DNA of 64,000 nucleotides, taken from assembly GCF_963921235.1 (NCBI RefSeq), contig NC_086097.1, forward strand, positions 46,068,001 through 46,132,000, read 5' to 3'. Positions 58,740-64,000 of the stretch are shown one piece after another (positions within the stretch are counted from its first letter, which is position 1; every line of letters starts with the position of its first letter). The position numbers were made by a program, and so were the translations under genes. This DNA is from Mobula hypostoma (taxonomy: Eukaryota). The notes under the pieces were generated by a model. The model made no database searches, was not told where the DNA came from, and saw nothing but the letters and a program-made list of their open reading frames with translations.

Positions 58740-60562
58740 CTAAATGCTGATTGTTCTACTTACCAAGAGAGTTCTCCTCTGTGATCCTGGCCGCGCTTAC
58801 ATACCGCTAAAGGCAGAAGTTAACCAGGTCCTCAAGGTACTGAGAGTCACCATTAGCAAAAACGAAACCCCAACACCTTTCAAATCATTGTTGGAGACTT
58901 CAGTCAGACTTGTTTGAAGAAATCTCTGCCCGGTTATCATCAACATATCTCCTGCAGCACCAGGGTCCCAATGCACTCAACCACTACTATACTACAATTA
59001 GGATTGCCCACAGTCCATGCCTGGACCGCATTTCAGGAAATCTGATCACTTGGCTGTCCTTTTTCCTATCTGCACACAGGCAGAAGATAAACAGAAAAGC
59101 TCCAGAGATATGGACAAGAAAGAGAAGATCGTAGGAGACAGAGAAGCGGCTATGGAATTGCTTTGAGTTGGTAGACAGGGCCATGTTCAAGGGCTCCATC
59201 ACAGAATCTGAGCCAACACACCATGGTTGTCACGGACTTTGTAAAAACAGTTTTAAACAAGTGCGTCCCCACAATATCATTCAGAGTCTTAGAAAACCAG
59301 AAGCCCTGGATGAACCATGAGATCCGCAATCTGCTGAGGGCCAGATCAGAGGTGTACAGGTCTGGATTCCAAGTAAAATACAAAAGGTCCAGTTACGATC
59401 TCCATATAGCCATCCCGCGTGCGAAGTGGCAATTGGGAACCAAACTTGAACCAAAAAAGGATGCTTGACAGCTGTGGTAGGGCTTGAATGCTATCACCTT
59501 CTACAAAGGGGAAACCAAGTTACCTAGGTGACAAAAGGTTTTGCTCCCAGGTGAGTTCAGTGCCTTTTAAGCTTGTTTTGACTGTCAAAATATGGAGGTA
59601 CCTTCACCAACTTCCACAGCCTGTGATTTCAGTCTCTGAGGCCAACGTGAGAGTATCTTTCATGGGGGTGAACCCACGGAAAACATCTGGTCCAGATGGG
59701 ATTCCTGGCTGAATACTAATGGCCTGTGCCGATCAGCTGGTTGGAGTGTTCACTGATATCATGATCCTCTCATTTGGCAGTCTGAGATGCCCTCCTGATT
59801 TAAGCAGGTTTCAATGATATCGGTGCCTCAGAAGAACATGGTGACCTGCCTCAATGACTATTGTCCGGTAGCACTTACATCCACGGTGATGAAGTGCTTT
59901 GAGAGGTTGGTGACGTAACATATCAACTCCTGCCTAAGAGGCAACTTGGATCTGCTTCAATTTGCCTACTGTCACAACAGGTCAACAGTAGATGTCACTT
60001 AATTGGCCCTTCACTCATCCCTGGAACATCGGGACAGTGAAGATCCGTACACCAGGATATTCTTCGGTGACTACAGCTAAGTAAACAAAGCTATCATCAC
60101 CTCAAAACTAATCAGTAAGTGCCAAGACCCAGGTTTCAATACCTCCTTGTGCAACTGGATCCTTGATTTCCTGTCTTGCAGACCCCAGTAATTTCAGATT
60201 GGCAACAACATCACCTCCAGAATCTCATTGTGCACACAGGTGCACTACAGGGCTGCGTGCTTAGTCAACAACTTCTCTATTTGCTTCATGCTTATGACTG
60301 TGAGGCTCAGCACAGCTCCAATCCCATATGTAAGTTGGCTGATGACTCCACTGTCACTGGCCAAACCAAAGGTGGTGACAAAGCAACATAAAGGAGGGAG
60401 ACTGACAATCTGTCTGAGTGGTGCCACAACAACAAGCTCTCACTCAATGCCAGCAAGACCAAGGAGCTGACAATTGACTTCAGGAGGGAGAAACTGGAGG
60501 TCCATGAGCTAGTTTTCATTGGGGGATCAGAAGTGGAGAGGTTCAGCAACTTAAGTTCCTTG
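58740..60562 (+). mobile_element. Second decayed Rex1/Babar-type LINE
   Basis: NQKPWMNHEIRNLL, KTSGPDGIPG, GALQGCVLS, KLADDSTV, KTKELTIDFRR; parallels 40370-41490. Confidence 0.82.
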
Positions 60563-60584
60563 GTGTTAATGAGAGAGTGTGTAG

Positions 60585-62130
60585 TACTTGATCTCCTATC
60601 AGGGAATGTGACAGGGCACGTGATAGAAGTTTATGTATGGGAACACTTTGCACCTAGTGATCATAATGTCATTAGTTTTAAAGTAATTGTGGAAAAGCAA
60701 AGGTTTGGTTCTCAGGTTCTAAACTGGAGAAAGGCCAGACTTGATGGTATCAGAAAGGATCTGGCAAGTGTGGATTGGGACAGGCTGCTTCACGGCAGAG
60801 TTGTACCAGTAAATGGGAGGCCTTCAAAAGTGAAATTTTGAGAGTACAAAGCTTGTATGTGCCTGTCAGAATAAAGACAAGGATAACAGGTTTAGAGAAC
60901 TTTGCTTTTCAAGAGATATGGAAGCCTTGGTTAAGAAGGAAAAAAAGTGGAGTATAGGAAATATAGGCAGGTAGGAACAAATGAGGAACTTGTGTATAAG
61001 AAGTGCAAGAGAACACTTGAGAAAGCAATCAGGAGAGCTGAAAGAAAGAAGATGTTACTTTAGCAGACAAGGTGAAGGAGAAGCCCAGGGGCTTCTATAG
61101 ACATGCTAAGAGCACAAAGATTCCAAGAGACAAAATTGGTCCTCTGGATGATCAGAATGGTAATCTATGGATGGAGCCTAAAGATATCTTAAACAGATTA
61201 TTTTTTCATAATGGTTTATGTGGAAGACAGAGTCTATGGAAGTGAGGGAAAGCAGCAACAAGATCATGGACCCTATACAGATTACAGAGGAGGATGTGTT
61301 TGCTGTCTTGAGGCAAATCAGGATGGATAAGTGTCCAGGGCCTGATGAGGCATTCCTTTGGGCCATGTGGGAGTCAAGTGCAGAAATTGCAAGGGCCCTA
61401 GTAGAAATATTTAAATGGCAGGTGAGGTGCAGGAGGATTCCAGAGTATCTAATGTTGTTCCACTGTTTAATAACGTCTGTAAGAATAAACCAGGAAAATA
61501 TAGGCTGGTAAACCTGATATCTGTAGTGGGAGAGTTATTGGAAGTTATTCTAAGGGACCTGGTATGTGAGTATTTGCATAGACATGGACTAATTAGGGAT
61601 AGTCAGCATGGCTTTGTCATTGTAGGTCATGATTAACCAATCTTAGAGTTGTTTTCAAGGAAGTTAACAGGAAAGTTGATGAAGGCAAGGCCGTGGATGT
61701 TGTTTACATGGATTTCAGCAAGGCAGGATCAAGATGGTTCAGTCGCTTGGCATTCAAGGTGAGGTAGGAAATTGGATTAAACATTGGCTTTGCAGAAGAA
61801 GCTAGAGTGGTAGTAGATGGTTGTCTCTCTAACTGGAGGCCTGTGACTAGTGGTGTGCTGTAGAAATCGGTGCTGGATCTATTGCTGTTGTCATCTATAT
61901 CAATGATCAGGATGACAATGTGGTTAAATGGATCAGCAAATTTGTGGATGACATCAAGATTGGGAATGTAGTGGACAGCGAGGAAGACTATCAAAGCTTG
62001 CCGTGGGATCTGGACCAGCTGAAAAAATGGCAGATTGAATTTAATGCAGAGAAGTGTGAGGTGTTGCAATTTGGGAGGTCCAACCAGGGTAGGTCTTATC
62101 TGGTGAGTGGTAGGGCACGGAGGAGTGTGG
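60585..62130 (+). mobile_element. Decayed CR1 ORF2 fragment
   Basis: SDHNVISF, DKCPGPDE, IRDSQHGF, SKFVDDIK, WQIEFNAEKC. Confidence 0.85.
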
Positions 62131-62243
62131 TAGCCTCTTCTGTTAGCCTGAGTATTTCAGCAGCTGGAGTCTGATCCCACAACCCTCTGATACAGAGGCA
62201 TCTGGCCTACTGCTGACTCTGGAACTCTTATTTTTATCTGCAG

Positions 62244-62352
62244 AACCAAAGGAGGATTTGTTCTAATTTGCAACAAGATTTCAGAAGCTATTGTGCAGAT
62301 CTTGATTGTACAAACCCCTTAAAGCCTCAAGGACACTGCTGTGAGATTTGTG
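62244..62352 (+). CDS. AMN: Amnionless exon 7 (109 nt; cysteine-rich VWC-like region)
   Basis: TTTTTATCTGCAG acceptor and GTAAGT donor. NQRRICSNLQQDFRSYCADLDCTNPLKPQGHCCEIC matches human LRPQGQCCDLC. Confidence 0.93.
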
Positions 62353-62764
62353 GTAAGTTTAGGTTCAATTTATATCCATGTCTATTTTATAGATTTTAGA
62401 AAACAATTTTACTCATATAGTGTATCAATATCATGAAAATGGAACACTTTGATTCCTGGTCTCCTGTTTTCCTCAATTAGAATAGTGGTAATCCATTGCA
62501 GAGTAAAGTTCCTTCTCTCTGACTACGTACAGGGTTTTGCAGAGAGGGACCATCGATCTGAGCATAACTGGGAATAATGTACAAAGTAATAAGAAATTTA
62601 ATTGGATTAGAACTTTAATGCAAATATATTTATCATTTGTCTTTCCAGCAATATAACCTAGAACACCCAAATAAATATGAATCATATTTGTATAGCTTAT
62701 GTACTAATGGTAACCACAAGGATAGATAACGGCCTATCCAAACATCCTGTCTCTCATAAACTCA

Positions 62765-63325
62765 AACGATTCTGCAGATGCTGGAAACACACATAAAATA
62801 CTGAAGGAATTCGGCAAATCAGGCAGTATCCACAGATGGGAATAAACAGTTGATATTTTGGACAGAAAACCTTCATCAGAATGAAAAGGAAGGAGGAAGA
62901 AGACAGAGCTAGAAGATGGAGGAGGGGAGGGGAAGGAGTACCAACTGGCACATGATAGGTGGAAGAGAAGGAGAGGAGAGGGCATCGGACCACGGAAGAA
63001 AGGCAAGGAGGAGGGGCACCAGAGAAAGATGAAGGGCAGCTGAAGAGAAGCAAAGAGGTGTGAGAGTAATGATAATAGATAATGGAAAAAGGCAGGGAGG
63101 GTTATGGAATTACCAGAAGTTATATAAATTAATATTTATGCCATCAGGTTGGAGTCTACTCAGCCGGAATATAAGATGTTCCTCCTCCAGTCTGAGTTTG
63201 GCCTCATCATAGCACTAGAGGAGCACATGGAAATGCATGTCAGATTGGGAATGAGAAATTGAATTGAAATGGTTAGCCACTGGGACTTCCTGCTTTTTGC
63301 TGCAGATAGAGGAAAGGTGCTCTCC
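62765..63325 (-). mobile_element. Penelope-like element 3' fragment with a degenerate hammerhead
   Basis: Reverse-strand counterpart of 10325-10830 (LEEEHLIFRLSRLQPDG), with CTGATGAAGG at ~62870-62880. Confidence 0.72.
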
Positions 63326-64000
63326 TGTCTCTTGCTCGTGATAGCATGAGTATCACAACTTGCGGATTCACCACTCTTCCAAAATTATATGGTCTGCAGG
63401 GGAGGGGGAAACGAAAAGGAAAGAAAACAAATCCAAGTCAAATTTAAAGGATTAAGTGTGTGTTGTGGAGGAATGGAAATTAATGGATTCTTCTTCAACC
63501 AACCAGAAGATTAAAATTAACCTACTCTCTCATCTGACTTGTTGCTTTGTGGATGACCATAACTAGTTCTATTGTCTTCCATATACATTTAAAACGTGTT
63601 CTCCTGTTAGCCTAAAGAAATGCATGTCTACTCGTGCACTTAGTAAATGCATCACTAGACACCTGAGTTATGCATGAATCAAGCACGGATGATGATCATG
63701 GCAAAGCAAGCAAAATAAAATATTTTTCCTGGGTCTTTCAAGGCTACAAGATGTCTCAAGGTACTTCACAGCTAGTTGAGTACTTCTGAAATTGAAACAT
63801 TGGGGACAGCACTCATTCCATGTAGCAAGGCTAGAAAGAGAAAAGGAGACAAGTGACCAGACCACTTACTTTATTTACATTGACTGAGGGATAAGTGTTG
63901 CCAAATACATTAGAATGCCTCTGCATTCAGAGATTGGTAGGTTGCACGTTACGTTGACAGAATAAGGTCTTCATCTATTGGCAAGAAGATCCAAGGCAGC

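Overview
Eukaryotic (vertebrate) genomic DNA, most likely from a cartilaginous fish (shark or ray), inferred from its repeat content. It carries two host genes on the + strand: the last coding exon and 3' UTR of TRAF3 (2495-3066, MATH/TRAF-C domain), and coding exons 1-7 of AMN (amnionless; 20000-62352, gene continues past the window). I reconstructed the AMN exons by hand from splice sites and translation. The TRAF3-AMN order matches human. Most of the rest is nested transposable elements: many CR1 LINEs, two Rex1/Babar LINEs, a young L1 with an intact 1262-aa ORF2 and a ~20-bp TSD, Penelope-like fragments with minimal hammerhead ribozyme motifs, an IR-DR Tc1 element, a composite hAT element and several SINEs. 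I see no convincing wholly new multi-gene system. The best leads are a possible pseudoknotted RNA in the L1 inter-ORF spacer, the Penelope hammerheads and their orientation bias in AMN introns, a long non-autonomous element with a Rex1-type tail, an inverted CR1 pair around AMN exons 2-3, and several local template-switch scars. Boundaries of decayed repeats are approximate, and family names come from recalled motifs, not database searches.
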